This document shows, piece after piece, positions 1 to 9,601 of a stretch of DNA of 64,000 nt. The notes beneath the pieces are model-generated. The model was not told the origin of the DNA, did not search any database, and saw only the letters and a list, made by a program, of their open reading frames with translations. Positions within the stretch are counted from its first letter, which is position 1. Every line of letters starts with the position of its first letter. A program made the position numbers and the translations under genes. This DNA comes from Gemmatimonadales bacterium (lineage in GTDB: Bacteria; Gemmatimonadota; Gemmatimonadetes; Gemmatimonadales; Gemmatimonadaceae): positions 24,911-88,910 of the forward strand of contig JBBQXC010000002.1 in NCBI GenBank assembly GCA_038210005.1, in the 5' to 3' direction.

Positions 1-692
1 CCCATGCCGGCGCCGGATGGTCCAAGCTGACCGGGCATCAGCGGTCGCAGATCTTGTTCTATATCGCGGAGAATCTGTCGGCCCGCGAGCAGGAATTCGC
101 CGCACGTCTGTCCGCGATGACGGGAGCCTCCGCCACCGACGCCATGCGCGAGGTTGAGGCCTCGATCTCTCGGTTGTTTACCTATGGCGCGTGGGCTGAC
201 AAGCACGATGGCGCGATTCACGACGTGCCATTGCGTGGTGTCGCGTTGGCGATGCACGAGCCCATCGGGGTCGTCGGCGTGGCCTGTCCCGACCCATATC
301 CGTTGCTTGGTCTGGTGTCACTGATCGCCCCGCTGCTGGCCGCCGGTAATCGCGTGGTCGCGGTGCCCTCCGAGCGGTATCCGCTGTCGGCGACCGATTT
401 CTACGGCGTACTGGAAACGTCGGACGTACCGGCCGGTGTAGTGAATATCGTGACCGGTCCGCGTGAGGCGCTCGCCAAAGTGCTCGCCGAGCATGACGAT
501 GTCGATGCCATGTGGTATGTTGGTTCAAGGGCCGGTGCGACCGCTGTTGAAAAAGCGTCGGCCACCAACTTGAAGCGCACATGGACCGAATGGGACGGGC
601 GCGAATGGCTGGATCCGCGGGTGGGCGAAGGCCGTGAGTTCCTGCGGCGTGCCGTGCAGGTCAAGAATATCTGGATTCCGTACGGCGAATAG
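1..692 (+). CDS. Aldehyde dehydrogenase (ALDH) superfamily protein, 3' part only; the 5' end lies upstream of the window
   Basis: The translation aligns to the ALDH NAD-binding region: PIGVVGVACPDPYPL, LIAPLLAAGNRVVAVPSE, GVVNIVTGP, HDDVDAMWYVGSRAGATAV. At the position of the conserved SNLKRVTLELGGKSP motif it reads TNLKRTWTEWDGREW. The ORF stops about 30 aa later, before the region that normally carries the catalytic Cys. Confidence 0.6.
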   Translation, partial: HAGAGWSKLTGHQRSQILFYIAENLSAREQEFAARLSAMTGASATDAMREVEASISRLFTYGAWADKHDGAIHDVPLRGVALAMHEPIGVVGVACPDPYPLLGLVSLIAPLLAAGNRVVAVPSERYPLSATDFYGVLETSDVPAGVVNIVTGPREALAKVLAEHDDVDAMWYVGSRAGATAVEKASATNLKRTWTEWDGREWLDPRVGEGREFLRRAVQVKNIWIPYGE

Positions 693-763
693 CGCCACTC
701 CGTCACGCGAGAGCGCGCACATCGACGCGCTCCGCTGACGCCGCGGCGACGCCACGACGTAGT

Positions 764-2527
764 GTGTATTTTATGCGACCTTCCTCCGACATCATGATCG
801 AACTCCCGGCCTCACCTGAGGCCTTCCGCGATGCTGCGTGGGACGACATCCTCCCGTATTACGAGCAGCTGGCCACGCTCGCCCTCGATGGCACGACACC
901 CGTCGTGGAGTCGTGGCTGAGCACGTGGTCGCGCCTCGACACGCTGGTCGGCGAAGCCGGCACGCTCGCCATGATTGCGTACACCGGGAACACGGCCGAT
1001 AGCGCGGCCGAGACAGCCTATCTCCGTTTTTCGATGGAGATCTTCCCGAAGCTGGAAGAGCAGGGCGTCCGCCTCGCGAAACGCCTGATCGATCTCGGCT
1101 GGTCGCGCGCCGATCTCGAGACCACGATTCGGCGCTTTCGTACCGACATCGAGATTTTCCGCGAAGCGAATGTCGCACGTTTTTCACAGATCGAAGAATT
1201 GTCTGCCGGTTACCAGAAGATCACCGGCGGCCTGAGCGTCGATTGGGATGGCATCCCCAAAACGATCCCGCAGTTGCAGCCCTACCTCAAGTCCGCCGAT
1301 CGCGCCGAACGCGAACGCGCGTTCCGGCTCGGCGCTGAGGCGTACATGGTCAAGCGCGATGAGTTCGCCGACTTGTTCGACACCATGTACGTGCTCCGCG
1401 ATGCCGTGGCCAAGGAAGCCGGCTTTTCCGACTATCAACGCTACTGCTTCGCCGCCAAGCATCGGTTCGACTACACCCCCGAAGATACCGCGCGGTTTCA
1501 CCAAGCCGTGAAGACCACGGTCACGCCGGCGGTCGCGCGTCTCATGGACCATCGGCGTGAGTCGCTCGGTCTCGATGTCCTACGACCGTGGGATGTCACC
1601 GTCGACCTGAACGCCGACGAGCCACTCAAGCCGTTCGCCGACGTCGACACGTTCATCGATCGCGCCAAGAATATTTTTCAGCGCGTCGACCCTGAGCTGG
1701 GTGCGCAGTTTCGCATCATGGCCGACGAGAAGCTGCTCGATCTCGAGAGCCGTCCCGGCAAGGCGCCCGGTGGGTACTGCACCGATCTCTCGTTCCGCGG
1801 CCGTCCGTTCATATTCATGAACGCCGTCGGTGTGCCCGACGATGTGCAGACGCTCGTGCATGAAGCAGGACATTGCTTCCACGACTTCGCCACGCATTCA
1901 CTGCCGTTCACGTGGCAGCGCCGCACCGGGCATGAAGCCGCGGAGCTCGCGTCGATGAGCATGGAACTGCTCGCCATGCCGTACTTCGTGGCGCCCGATG
2001 GCTACTACACGCCCGACGAGGCGCGCGTGGCGTGGCTCGAGCACTTCGAAGATGTGCTCGGGAGTCTCGTGCACATTGCCAGCGTCGACGCGTTTCAGGC
2101 ATGGATCTACACCGATCCCGCCGGCGCCGATCGCGACGCACGCGATGCGAAGTGGCTCGAGCTCCGCAAGGAATTCGAGTCCGGCGTGGACTGGACGGGG
2201 CTCGAACGCGAGCGGATCGGTCGTTGGTATCGTCAGCTCCACATCTTCGAGCTGCCGTTCTACTACATCGAGTACGGGCTGGCCCAGCTGGGTGCACTGC
2301 AGGTATTGCGGAATGCGGTGGCCGACGCCGGGGATGCCGTCGCGGCGTACAAGCGCTTCCTCGCGCTCGGTGGCACGCGCCCGCTGCCGGAGCTCTATGC
2401 CGCAGCGGGTGTGCAGCTCGTGTTCGATGCGGAGACCATGGCGGAGCTCGTCGCGTTCGCCGAGGAACGGATTGCCGCCTTGCGTGCCGGTGCCGATGCG
2501 CCGTTTCGTGGTATCGTGCCAGTCTGA
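764..2527 (+). CDS. pepF: M3-family oligoendopeptidase F
   Basis: 587-aa ORF with the HEAGH zinc motif (LVHEAGHCFHDF) and M3B-like length and architecture. The true start may be the ATG at about 794 (MIELP). Confidence 0.8.
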   Translation: MYFMRPSSDIMIELPASPEAFRDAAWDDILPYYEQLATLALDGTTPVVESWLSTWSRLDTLVGEAGTLAMIAYTGNTADSAAETAYLRFSMEIFPKLEEQGVRLAKRLIDLGWSRADLETTIRRFRTDIEIFREANVARFSQIEELSAGYQKITGGLSVDWDGIPKTIPQLQPYLKSADRAERERAFRLGAEAYMVKRDEFADLFDTMYVLRDAVAKEAGFSDYQRYCFAAKHRFDYTPEDTARFHQAVKTTVTPAVARLMDHRRESLGLDVLRPWDVTVDLNADEPLKPFADVDTFIDRAKNIFQRVDPELGAQFRIMADEKLLDLESRPGKAPGGYCTDLSFRGRPFIFMNAVGVPDDVQTLVHEAGHCFHDFATHSLPFTWQRRTGHEAAELASMSMELLAMPYFVAPDGYYTPDEARVAWLEHFEDVLGSLVHIASVDAFQAWIYTDPAGADRDARDAKWLELRKEFESGVDWTGLERERIGRWYRQLHIFELPFYYIEYGLAQLGALQVLRNAVADAGDAVAAYKRFLALGGTRPLPELYAAAGVQLVFDAETMAELVAFAEERIAALRAGADAPFRGIVPV

Positions 2528-2575
2528 CCGGCTCGACCTCACGAAACTTTTGCGCCTCGTAGTCGTATCCGAAAC

Positions 2576-3319
2576 ATGACCTCAACTCTCGGAGCTTTCA
2601 TGCGATTCACACGACACCTTGGCGTAGCAGCCTTGGTATTCAGCGCGATGTCCGCGCGCGCCGAAGCGCAGCTGCCCACGGTTCAGCAGGTGTTCGACAA
2701 CTATGCCACGGCCGTCGGTGGCCGCGACGCGTGGTCGAAAGTGCAAGGACGCAGCGACAAGGGCACGGCGGATATCACGTTCGCCGGCATCTCGGGCACG
2801 TACGAACGCCACAGCGGCGCGCCGAACAAGATGCGCATGATCATCGACCTCGGCATGGCCAAGGTGGATCAAGGCTTCGACGGCACGGTCGGCTGGGCCG
2901 TGCAGCCCATGGGCCAAGCCTCGCGGATGCCTCCCGAGCAGGAGAAGTCACTCGGCGAGTCCATGCAGGTCGGTGCCGCGTTTCTCGATGTGAGCCGGTT
3001 CGCGAAGGCGACCGTCGAGGCGAAGGAAACGTTCGACGACGTGGAGTGCTACAAACTTTCGATCACCTCGAAGCAGGGCGAAGAGCGCACCGAGTATTTC
3101 GAAGTCGCGACTGGCCTCCGCCGGGGCGCCGTCACGAAGTCGCCGATGGGAGAGCAGAAGTCGGTCTTCCGCGACTACAAGGCGTTTGAAGGCAAGCAGA
3201 TCCCGACCAAGATCGTGCAAGTCACACCGCAGGGCGACGTCATTCTCACCACGGCTGAAGTCTCGTTCACGCCTCCCGATCCGTCGCTGTTCAAGGTACC
3301 GGACGGGATCGCGAAGTAA
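2576..3319 (+). CDS. Secreted hypothetical protein, possibly LolA-like or DUF4412-like
   Basis: The ORF has an internal Met followed by a signal peptide (MRFTRHLGVAALVFSAMSARAEAQ). I found no catalytic motifs. Its 3' end overlaps the convergent photolyase gene by 29 bp. Confidence 0.5.
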   Translation: MTSTLGAFMRFTRHLGVAALVFSAMSARAEAQLPTVQQVFDNYATAVGGRDAWSKVQGRSDKGTADITFAGISGTYERHSGAPNKMRMIIDLGMAKVDQGFDGTVGWAVQPMGQASRMPPEQEKSLGESMQVGAAFLDVSRFAKATVEAKETFDDVECYKLSITSKQGEERTEYFEVATGLRRGAVTKSPMGEQKSVFRDYKAFEGKQIPTKIVQVTPQGDVILTTAEVSFTPPDPSLFKVPDGIAK

Positions 3320-5747
3320 CGCGACCCAGCACACGACCGGCCAGCGCGATACCACTCAGCCACGCGCGCTCCACCGACTGGTGCGAGCGCCGCGAGGCGC
3401 CGGCGGCTCCCCAGTCGCCGCACGCGCCTATCCCGCGCGTCTCGTCGAACAGACACGCATCGTCGAGACCCGTCTGCACACGCGCATAGCGCCAGCGATG
3501 CGCGACGGCGTGCACCACGTTGCCGGCGATCTGCAGTTGCGCCCGCAACGCCTCGGACACGAGCGCCGCGATGACCACCGGCTCCTTGTCCACGTGCTCG
3601 GCGCTCCAGTGCCCTTCGCTGTGCACGACCCACGCTTCGTCGCGGCTCCGGCCCGGACGCGCCGATTGGCGCCACGCCCGATGCACGACTGGCGAGTCGG
3701 TGCGCAGCGCACCGCCAATCAGCGATGCGCACACGATCGTGGGCGGCGGCCCGTCGAACACGATCATGCTGCTCCAGCACGGAAGCATGGTCACCCCGGC
3801 CAGCAGCGGGGCCAACGCTGTTGGCTCTTCGAGCATGCTCAGCAGTGCCGAAGCCTGTGGGGCGGGCGTAGCCAGCAGCACGATGTCGGAGTGGTGCTGG
3901 CCACCGTCGCGGTCTGCAACGGCCCATCCTGAGCCCGCACGGGATAGCGCACGGGTGATCGACGCCGCGTGTACACCGGTCTTCACGCTCAGATCGCGCG
4001 CCACATGCTTCGCCAACGCATTCATACCGCCGGTGCCGATGAACTCCCCGTCGTTCACCGCACGCAGCACCCCATCCTCACGCCACGATTCCGAGAGGCG
4101 CGCCAAGCGCTGATCGTCGAGTCGGAATGACGGAGCGCCGTGGTCGAATTGCCAGTGGCCTTCGCGGCGCGTGCTCATGCGCCCGCCCACGCCGCGGCTT
4201 TTGTCGAGCACGGTTACCGCGATGCCGTGATCGTGCAGCGTGCGCGCGCAGGCGAGCCCCGAGATGCCCGCACCGATGATCGTGACGCGTGGTGCTAGGC
4301 CGGCAGAGCGGCTCACGTGTGCCCGATACGCCGGAAAGTTCATGCGCTGCTGGTGCTCGTCGGATCGCCGCGGACGAACAGTCCCGAGTACCGCGACCTC
4401 CGGGGTGAACGGCCGGTCGAACTGTCCCAGGCACCAGAGCAGGCCGCCGAAACTCGCCGGGTCGCGCCCATCCAGTGCGTAGCGATGGTTCAGATCGATC
4501 AGTCGCGCCAGCGCCCCGGCGGCGTTGCGCGACCACATCGGAATGGCCTTGCCCCACGTCATGCGCACGTTGTTGTGCAACTCGCCATGCACGCGGAGCG
4601 ACTGCTGCGCAGCGTCCCAGAGGTCGTCGCCGGTGCCGCTTCGCGCCAGCGTTTCCCACGAGTGCAGAGTGCGGGAGTCCGACTCGTGTCGCGCCAGCGC
4701 CTCCCGCGCCCACCCGGGAATCGCCTCGAGGGTCTCGGGGGCATCGTGCCAATAGCAGAACGCATACGCCAGCTCGCGCCACACCAGCAATTCGTCGAGG
4801 TACTTGTCGGCGCCGTCGCCAGCGCGCGCCGCACATTCCCGCACGATGCGAAACGTCGACACCATGCCGTAATGGAAGTACGCGGACATCCGGCTCACGC
4901 TGTCGATGCTCGCGTCATTGCGCTTGGCGGCGTAGCGATCGAGACGACCCGTGCTCACGAATTCGCGCCATCGCGCGTAGCCGGCCACCGTGCCGCCGGG
5001 CGTGTGCGGCACCGGCGCGACCCCATGGTCGATCTCGCAGCACGCGACCAACGCGGCGATGTCGGCGTCGGCCAATCGCAGCGGTTCGAACGGGAGAGCA
5101 TCCGGTACGAACGGCGGCGTGTGCGCGGCCACGTCGGTCCACGCGGCGGAAACCCGCGCCGCCCGCAAGCCAGCAGTGGCGTCACGAAACGCGAACGCGC
5201 GCGTGTGCACTTTCCCCACCAGTGGCATCGGTACCACGCAGGCGGTATCCACACTCCACACGGGGCAGGTCACCGCCTCGGCCAGCGCATCGGTCAGCCA
5301 GTCGAGTGGCGCGACCGGTAGCGTCTCGGTCACGACCAGCGCAGCGCGATCGGCAAGCGCGCGAAGCGTCGGACCGCGATGCCCGGGGCGCTCGAGATGA
5401 AACGCGTAGCCGATGCCGCGCGCCGCGCACTCCGCCTCGACGTCGCGTGCGCCCTCGAGAATGAAGGTGTGATGCCGGTCCGACGCGAAGGAATACTTCT
5501 CCGACAGCGCGTGATACACGAACACCGGAAGTCCCAATTGCCGGCCAGCGCTCAGTGCGACATCCAACGCCGGGTTCTCATGCGCACGGACTGCCGTTCG
5601 CATCCAGTAGATCACGAAGGCGCCGCCGTCGGGGATCGCAGCGGAGGCCGAGTGGTTGCTGATCCGCTCGGCGAGATGGTCGGGAAAAGCGTCGGGTCGG
5701 AGCACGCTGAACAACGCGCTCCGACCCGATCTCGTGCCAAACACCAA
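3291..5747 (-). CDS. Class II CPD photolyase fused to a renalase-like NAD/FAD-dependent oxidoreductase domain (818 aa)
   Basis: The N-terminal ~480 aa carry class II photolyase signatures: FVIYWMRTAVRAHENPALDVAL, DELLVWRELAYAFCYW, NNVRMTWGKAIPMW...NHRYALDGRDP. After a ~25-aa linker comes a Rossmann motif, VTIIGAGISGLACARTLHDHGIAVTVLDKSRGVGGR, and about 320 aa of COG3380/renalase-like sequence. The reading frame is continuous. The track start is a TTG at 5747; a GTG at 5744 is an alternative. Confidence 0.75.
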   Translation of the reverse strand: MVFGTRSGRSALFSVLRPDAFPDHLAERISNHSASAAIPDGGAFVIYWMRTAVRAHENPALDVALSAGRQLGLPVFVYHALSEKYSFASDRHHTFILEGARDVEAECAARGIGYAFHLERPGHRGPTLRALADRAALVVTETLPVAPLDWLTDALAEAVTCPVWSVDTACVVPMPLVGKVHTRAFAFRDATAGLRAARVSAAWTDVAAHTPPFVPDALPFEPLRLADADIAALVACCEIDHGVAPVPHTPGGTVAGYARWREFVSTGRLDRYAAKRNDASIDSVSRMSAYFHYGMVSTFRIVRECAARAGDGADKYLDELLVWRELAYAFCYWHDAPETLEAIPGWAREALARHESDSRTLHSWETLARSGTGDDLWDAAQQSLRVHGELHNNVRMTWGKAIPMWSRNAAGALARLIDLNHRYALDGRDPASFGGLLWCLGQFDRPFTPEVAVLGTVRPRRSDEHQQRMNFPAYRAHVSRSAGLAPRVTIIGAGISGLACARTLHDHGIAVTVLDKSRGVGGRMSTRREGHWQFDHGAPSFRLDDQRLARLSESWREDGVLRAVNDGEFIGTGGMNALAKHVARDLSVKTGVHAASITRALSRAGSGWAVADRDGGQHHSDIVLLATPAPQASALLSMLEEPTALAPLLAGVTMLPCWSSMIVFDGPPPTIVCASLIGGALRTDSPVVHRAWRQSARPGRSRDEAWVVHSEGHWSAEHVDKEPVVIAALVSEALRAQLQIAGNVVHAVAHRWRYARVQTGLDDACLFDETRGIGACGDWGAAGASRRSHQSVERAWLSGIALAGRVLGRVTSRSRPVP

Positions 5748-5752
5748 CGGGC

Positions 5753-5920
5753 CTACTTCGTCGGCTTCTTCGCGTGTGGCGGCTCAGGCGGCGACTCGGG
5801 CCCGATACCATCCGGATCGAAGTGCTTCTGGTCCGTCAACAGTCTGGTGAATGCCCAAGCCGCGAGGCTCAGGACGAATGTCCAACTGATTGCCATAAAG
5901 GCGATAGCTCCACCGGACAT
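5753..5920 (-). CDS. Small single-TM membrane protein (57 aa), translationally coupled to the upstream SNF transporter; putative small transporter subunit
   Basis: It is below the 60-aa cutoff of the ORF track. I translated it by hand: MSGGAIAFMAISWTFVLSLAAWAFTRLLTDQKHFDPDGIGPESPPEPPHAKKPTK. The ATG shares one base with the transporter TGA (TGATG). A GGAGG lies 4 nt upstream. It has one hydrophobic helix and a Pro/Lys-rich tail. Confidence 0.5.
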   Translation of the reverse strand: MSGGAIAFMAISWTFVLSLAAWAFTRLLTDQKHFDPDGIGPESPPEPPHAKKPTK

Positions 5921-7554
5921 CAGACCTCCGCTCGGTTGGTATCGATCTCCACGAAGCCCTTGCGGTCATCGTAGCCGTTTCGCTTCCATGCCATGCGGAT
6001 CGCGAACAGGAAGCACACGATCATGAGCACGAGAATACCGCGGGAGATCGTGATGAACGGCATGTCGACGTCCGATACCGGATTCGAACTGCCGGCCGAA
6101 CGCTGATTCAACAGAATCGGGATCGCCTCGTCCTTGCCCCACCACGTGAGGATGATGAGCAGGTAGATCGGCGTCACGTACGTCATGATGAACTTGAAGA
6201 TCTTCGGAATCTGAATGTCGGCGCCCATGTGAATCGACTTCCAGGCGTTCTCCGGCTTGAAGATCCAGACGAAGATCACGACCTCGAAGACGGCCACCAG
6301 CACCAGGCCGAACGTGCCGACCCAGTAGTCCCACTCGTCGAGGAACCCGTGGCCGAGCCAGTGGACATGCATCAGACCGATGACGAACGCGAGCGCGCCG
6401 AAGCTCCACGCCACTTTCTCACGCTTGATGCCGAACTCCTCACGGAAGAAGGCCGTGACGGGCATCAGCATGGCCACCGATGACGTGACGCCCGCGAAAA
6501 ACAGAAGACCGAACCACATCACGCCCAGCAGGTTGCCGATGGGCAGCGTCTTGTCGATCTGCTGAAAGACCACGGGCATGGTGGCGAAGCCGAGGTCGAA
6601 CGAGCCCCCCTGGGCGATCTGCATCGCGCCCGCCACACCGAAGAACGTCACAGCGGCGGGAATCGCGATCGAACCACCGAGCACGACTTCCGCCGTCTCG
6701 TTGGTTGCCGCCGTCGCAATGCCGTTCAGCGCGATATCGTCTTTCGTGGACAGATACGACGCGTACGCCTGCAACGAACCCATGCCGACCGACAACGTGA
6801 AGAAAATCTGCCCCGCGGCCGCCAGCCAGATGCCGGGTTGGTTCAAACGTGAAAGATCAGGCTTGTAGATGAACTCCAGTCCCTGTGCCGGTGTGGCACC
6901 GATGCCAGGCTGCGCGGGAAGCGTCAGGACGACGCCAGCGAGCACAATGGCAAACAGGAACAGAATTGGCATGCCGATCTTCGCGAGTTTCTCGATGCCG
7001 CCAGAGATACCTCTCGACAGCACGTAGATGTTGATCAGCAATGTGAAGGCAAAGAACGCGTAGGGCGTGTACGACGCGTGGTACACCGCGCCACCTTCCG
7101 GGGCGAGACCCTGGAACGAGCGGAGGTAGCCGAGCATACCCTCCTGAGTGGTCTGTCCCCAGTAGTCCTTGGTCGCCGAAAAAATGGCGAAGGCCAGCGT
7201 CCAACTCTCGATGTACGTGTAGTAGATCATGACGCCGAGGGGGACCACCATGCCCACGACCCCGAAGTACTTCGCCGCCGGATGTTTCCAGATCGCGGCG
7301 AACATGCCCGGCAGGTGTCCCTTGCGATACCGTCCGCCGTTACGGCCGATGCCCCACTCGATCCACATGAGCGGAATGCCGAGCAGCAGAAGGGCAATGA
7401 AGTACGCGATCATGTACGAGCCGCCACCGTTGGCGGCAGCCTGACGCGGGAAACGGAGGAAGTTGCCGAGACCGACCGCATTACCCGCCATGGCGAGAAT
7501 GAGACCGATACGACTACCCCAAGCTTCGTTCGAGCCGGAGTTGGACGAGGACAA
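5920..7554 (-). CDS. Neurotransmitter:sodium symporter (NSS/SNF) family transporter
   Basis: N-terminal NSS signature WGSRIGLILAMAGNAVGLGNFLRFP. About 12 predicted TM helices. TTG start preceded by GGAG. Confidence 0.85.
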   Translation of the reverse strand: MSSSNSGSNEAWGSRIGLILAMAGNAVGLGNFLRFPRQAAANGGGSYMIAYFIALLLLGIPLMWIEWGIGRNGGRYRKGHLPGMFAAIWKHPAAKYFGVVGMVVPLGVMIYYTYIESWTLAFAIFSATKDYWGQTTQEGMLGYLRSFQGLAPEGGAVYHASYTPYAFFAFTLLINIYVLSRGISGGIEKLAKIGMPILFLFAIVLAGVVLTLPAQPGIGATPAQGLEFIYKPDLSRLNQPGIWLAAAGQIFFTLSVGMGSLQAYASYLSTKDDIALNGIATAATNETAEVVLGGSIAIPAAVTFFGVAGAMQIAQGGSFDLGFATMPVVFQQIDKTLPIGNLLGVMWFGLLFFAGVTSSVAMLMPVTAFFREEFGIKREKVAWSFGALAFVIGLMHVHWLGHGFLDEWDYWVGTFGLVLVAVFEVVIFVWIFKPENAWKSIHMGADIQIPKIFKFIMTYVTPIYLLIILTWWGKDEAIPILLNQRSAGSSNPVSDVDMPFITISRGILVLMIVCFLFAIRMAWKRNGYDDRKGFVEIDTNRAEV

Positions 7555-7679
7555 GCGTGCTCCGATTGGTGGGAACGGGAGACGGACAGCGAATAGGCGG
7601 TTCGGACCGCCCTGCGCAGCCCGTAACGTTTCCGCCCGGACCCGCGGATGTCCAGTGGTACAGCGCGATTGCCCCGCGC

Positions 7680-8999
7680 TCAGCGTCGAGCGACGACCCC
7701 GTTTTTCATGACGAACCGCACAGCGCGGAGCGCGCGGATGTCTTGGCTGGGGTCGCCGGTGACCGCGACCAGGTCGGCCAGGAGCCCAGGGGCCACGCGC
7801 CCGAACTCATTCTCACGGTGCATGATACGGGCGTTCACACTCGTCGCGGCCTTGAGGGCGGCGATCGGCGACATGCCGTAGTCGACCATCAGTTCGAGCT
7901 CGAGTGCGTTCGCGCCGTGCGTGAAGACGCCCACATCGCTGCCGTTGCAGATCGTCACGCCCGAGGCCAGCGCCGCCTTGAACATCGCCCTCTTCTGCAC
8001 GATGCCGGCCGGATCCGGATCGACACCCTTGTTCCATCCGCGATAGCGGGTGGTGCTTTCCGTGGCCGACAACGTGGGACAGAACGCCACGTTGCGCTGT
8101 TTCATGAGCGCGAACACGTCGGGCGTGGCCATGTCGCCATGCTCGATGGTTTCCACGCCGGCCATGATCGCACGCGTCATACCCTCCACGGTGCTCGCAT
8201 GGGCCACGACCGGCCGGCCGCTCGACGTCGACGTGCTCACGATCGCCGCCCACTCTTCCGCTGTGAAGGTGGGACGTGCCTCACCGCGCGGTCCCCATCG
8301 ATAATCGGCGTAGATCTTGATCCAGTCCGCGCCATGCCCGATCTGATCGCGCACCACACGCGTGACCCCGTCGATGCCATCGGCTTGTTCGGCACCCTGT
8401 GGCACGCCGATCTCCGCGCCGAACCCCTTCGGACCGTAGGAACCGGTCGCCACGATCGCCTTGGTCGTCACGAACAGGCGCGGCCCGGGAATGATCCCCT
8501 GGTCCACCGCTTCCTTGAGGCCCACGTCGGCATAGTCCGCGCCTTCCGTGCCGAGATCGCGCAACACCGTGAAGCCCGCGTCGAGCGTGGCCTTGAGATG
8601 ATTCACCGCGCGCGCCGTGCGGAGCGCCAGCGATTCACGCAGCACCTGATCGTTCCAAGGCGTTTCGTCGTACGGATGCAGCAATACGTGACTGTGCAGG
8701 TCGCTCATCCCCGGCATCAGTGTTGTGCCTGGCAAGGCAATACGCTCAGCGTCTCCCGGCACGGTGATGCTCGCCGCCGGCCCCACGGCCGAGATCCGCG
8801 CGCCGCGCACCAGCACCACCCATCCGCGTTGCGGCGCGTCGCTCACACCATCGAACACGGCGTCGGGCACCAGCAGGATCGGCTTCGACGCGGGCGTCGC
8901 GGCGGTGACCGTCTGTGCCGAAACCGGGTGTCCAACCAGCACGGTTACGCCAAGGACAAGCGCCAGGGCGGCCCGCATTACGCGAATGGTGTGAAACAT
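7680..8999 (-). CDS. Secreted metal-dependent amidohydrolase (imidazolonepropionase/prolidase-like superfamily)
   Basis: Amidohydrolase motifs: [32 protein letters not shown]. Signal peptide [29 protein letters not shown] from the ATG at 8999, which overlaps the DUF502 stop (TGATG). The longer track ORF reaching 9173 is probably upstream read-through. Confidence 0.75.
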   Translation of the reverse strand: MFHTIRVMRAALALVLGVTVLVGHPVSAQTVTAATPASKPILLVPDAVFDGVSDAPQRGWVVLVRGARISAVGPAASITVPGDAERIALPGTTLMPGMSDLHSHVLLHPYDETPWNDQVLRESLALRTARAVNHLKATLDAGFTVLRDLGTEGADYADVGLKEAVDQGIIPGPRLFVTTKAIVATGSYGPKGFGAEIGVPQGAEQADGIDGVTRVVRDQIGHGADWIKIYADYRWGPRGEARPTFTAEEWAAIVSTSTSSGRPVVAHASTVEGMTRAIMAGVETIEHGDMATPDVFALMKQRNVAFCPTLSATESTTRYRGWNKGVDPDPAGIVQKRAMFKAALASGVTICNGSDVGVFTHGANALELELMVDYGMSPIAALKAATSVNARIMHRENEFGRVAPGLLADLVAVTGDPSQDIRALRAVRFVMKNGVVARR

Positions 9000-9601
9000 C
9001 AGGAGGTCCGGACGGTGGCGTATTCGCCAGTGGAGAGCGCAGCAGGGACGAGTCCGGACACACCGCCGGACACCACGAACGCCATCGCATCCGCACTCGC
9101 AACATCGAGCGCGCGTACGCGGGTTGCCAGCACGAGATGCAGCTGGCCGGAAAAATTGTAGGAGTGCGGGCAATACACCGCCACGTACTCGGACATGCCG
9201 AGATGGGCGAGCGACTCCTGCGTCACGAACCCCACCAGCCGCACGCCGCCGTCCGGCGAGAGGTCAAGCGACACCGGTTTGTCGAAGCGGCGCTTCTCGC
9301 CCACAAAGGCATTCAACAGGTCCTTCGTCGACCCGTACAGCAGGCGGACAAACGGGAGGCGCCCCATGAGCCCCTCCAGCACGTTCACCGCCGATCGCGT
9401 CAGCAGGTTGGATCCGAGGAATCCGACCACGGTGATGAGGGCGAGCGTTACCACGAATCCAGCGCCTGGGATGGGCAAGCCCAGCCAGCCGTCCACATTC
9501 GTGAACACCAGCCAGCAGACCCACACCGTGACGACCAGTGGGGCCAGCAGGACGAGTCCGCGCGCAAAGTAGCCGAGCAACCGTCTCATCGAATTCCTCA
9601 C
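8999..9601 (-). CDS. DUF502 family membrane protein
   Basis: 200 aa with two N-terminal TM helices and DUF502-like conservation ([20 protein letters not shown]). Coupled to the downstream amidohydrolase. Confidence 0.7.
   Translation of the reverse strand: MRNSMRRLLGYFARGLVLLAPLVVTVWVCWLVFTNVDGWLGLPIPGAGFVVTLALITVVGFLGSNLLTRSAVNVLEGLMGRLPFVRLLYGSTKDLLNAFVGEKRRFDKPVSLDLSPDGGVRLVGFVTQESLAHLGMSEYVAVYCPHSYNFSGQLHLVLATRVRALDVASADAMAFVVSGGVSGLVPAALSTGEYATVRTS

Noticed and set aside
7557-9161. 534-aa plus-strand ORF
   Set aside because: It lies antisense to the amidohydrolase and DUF502 genes, which have clear homology. The product is Arg/His/Gly-rich low-complexity sequence with no recognisable domain, a typical GC-rich antisense artefact.
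9000-9173. N-terminal 58-aa extension of the amidohydrolase ORF (Cys/Arg-rich, [31 protein letters not shown]...)
   Set aside because: It overlaps the DUF502 coding sequence on the same strand in another frame. The ATG at 8999 gives a clean signal peptide and a TGATG coupling, so the extension is probably not translated.
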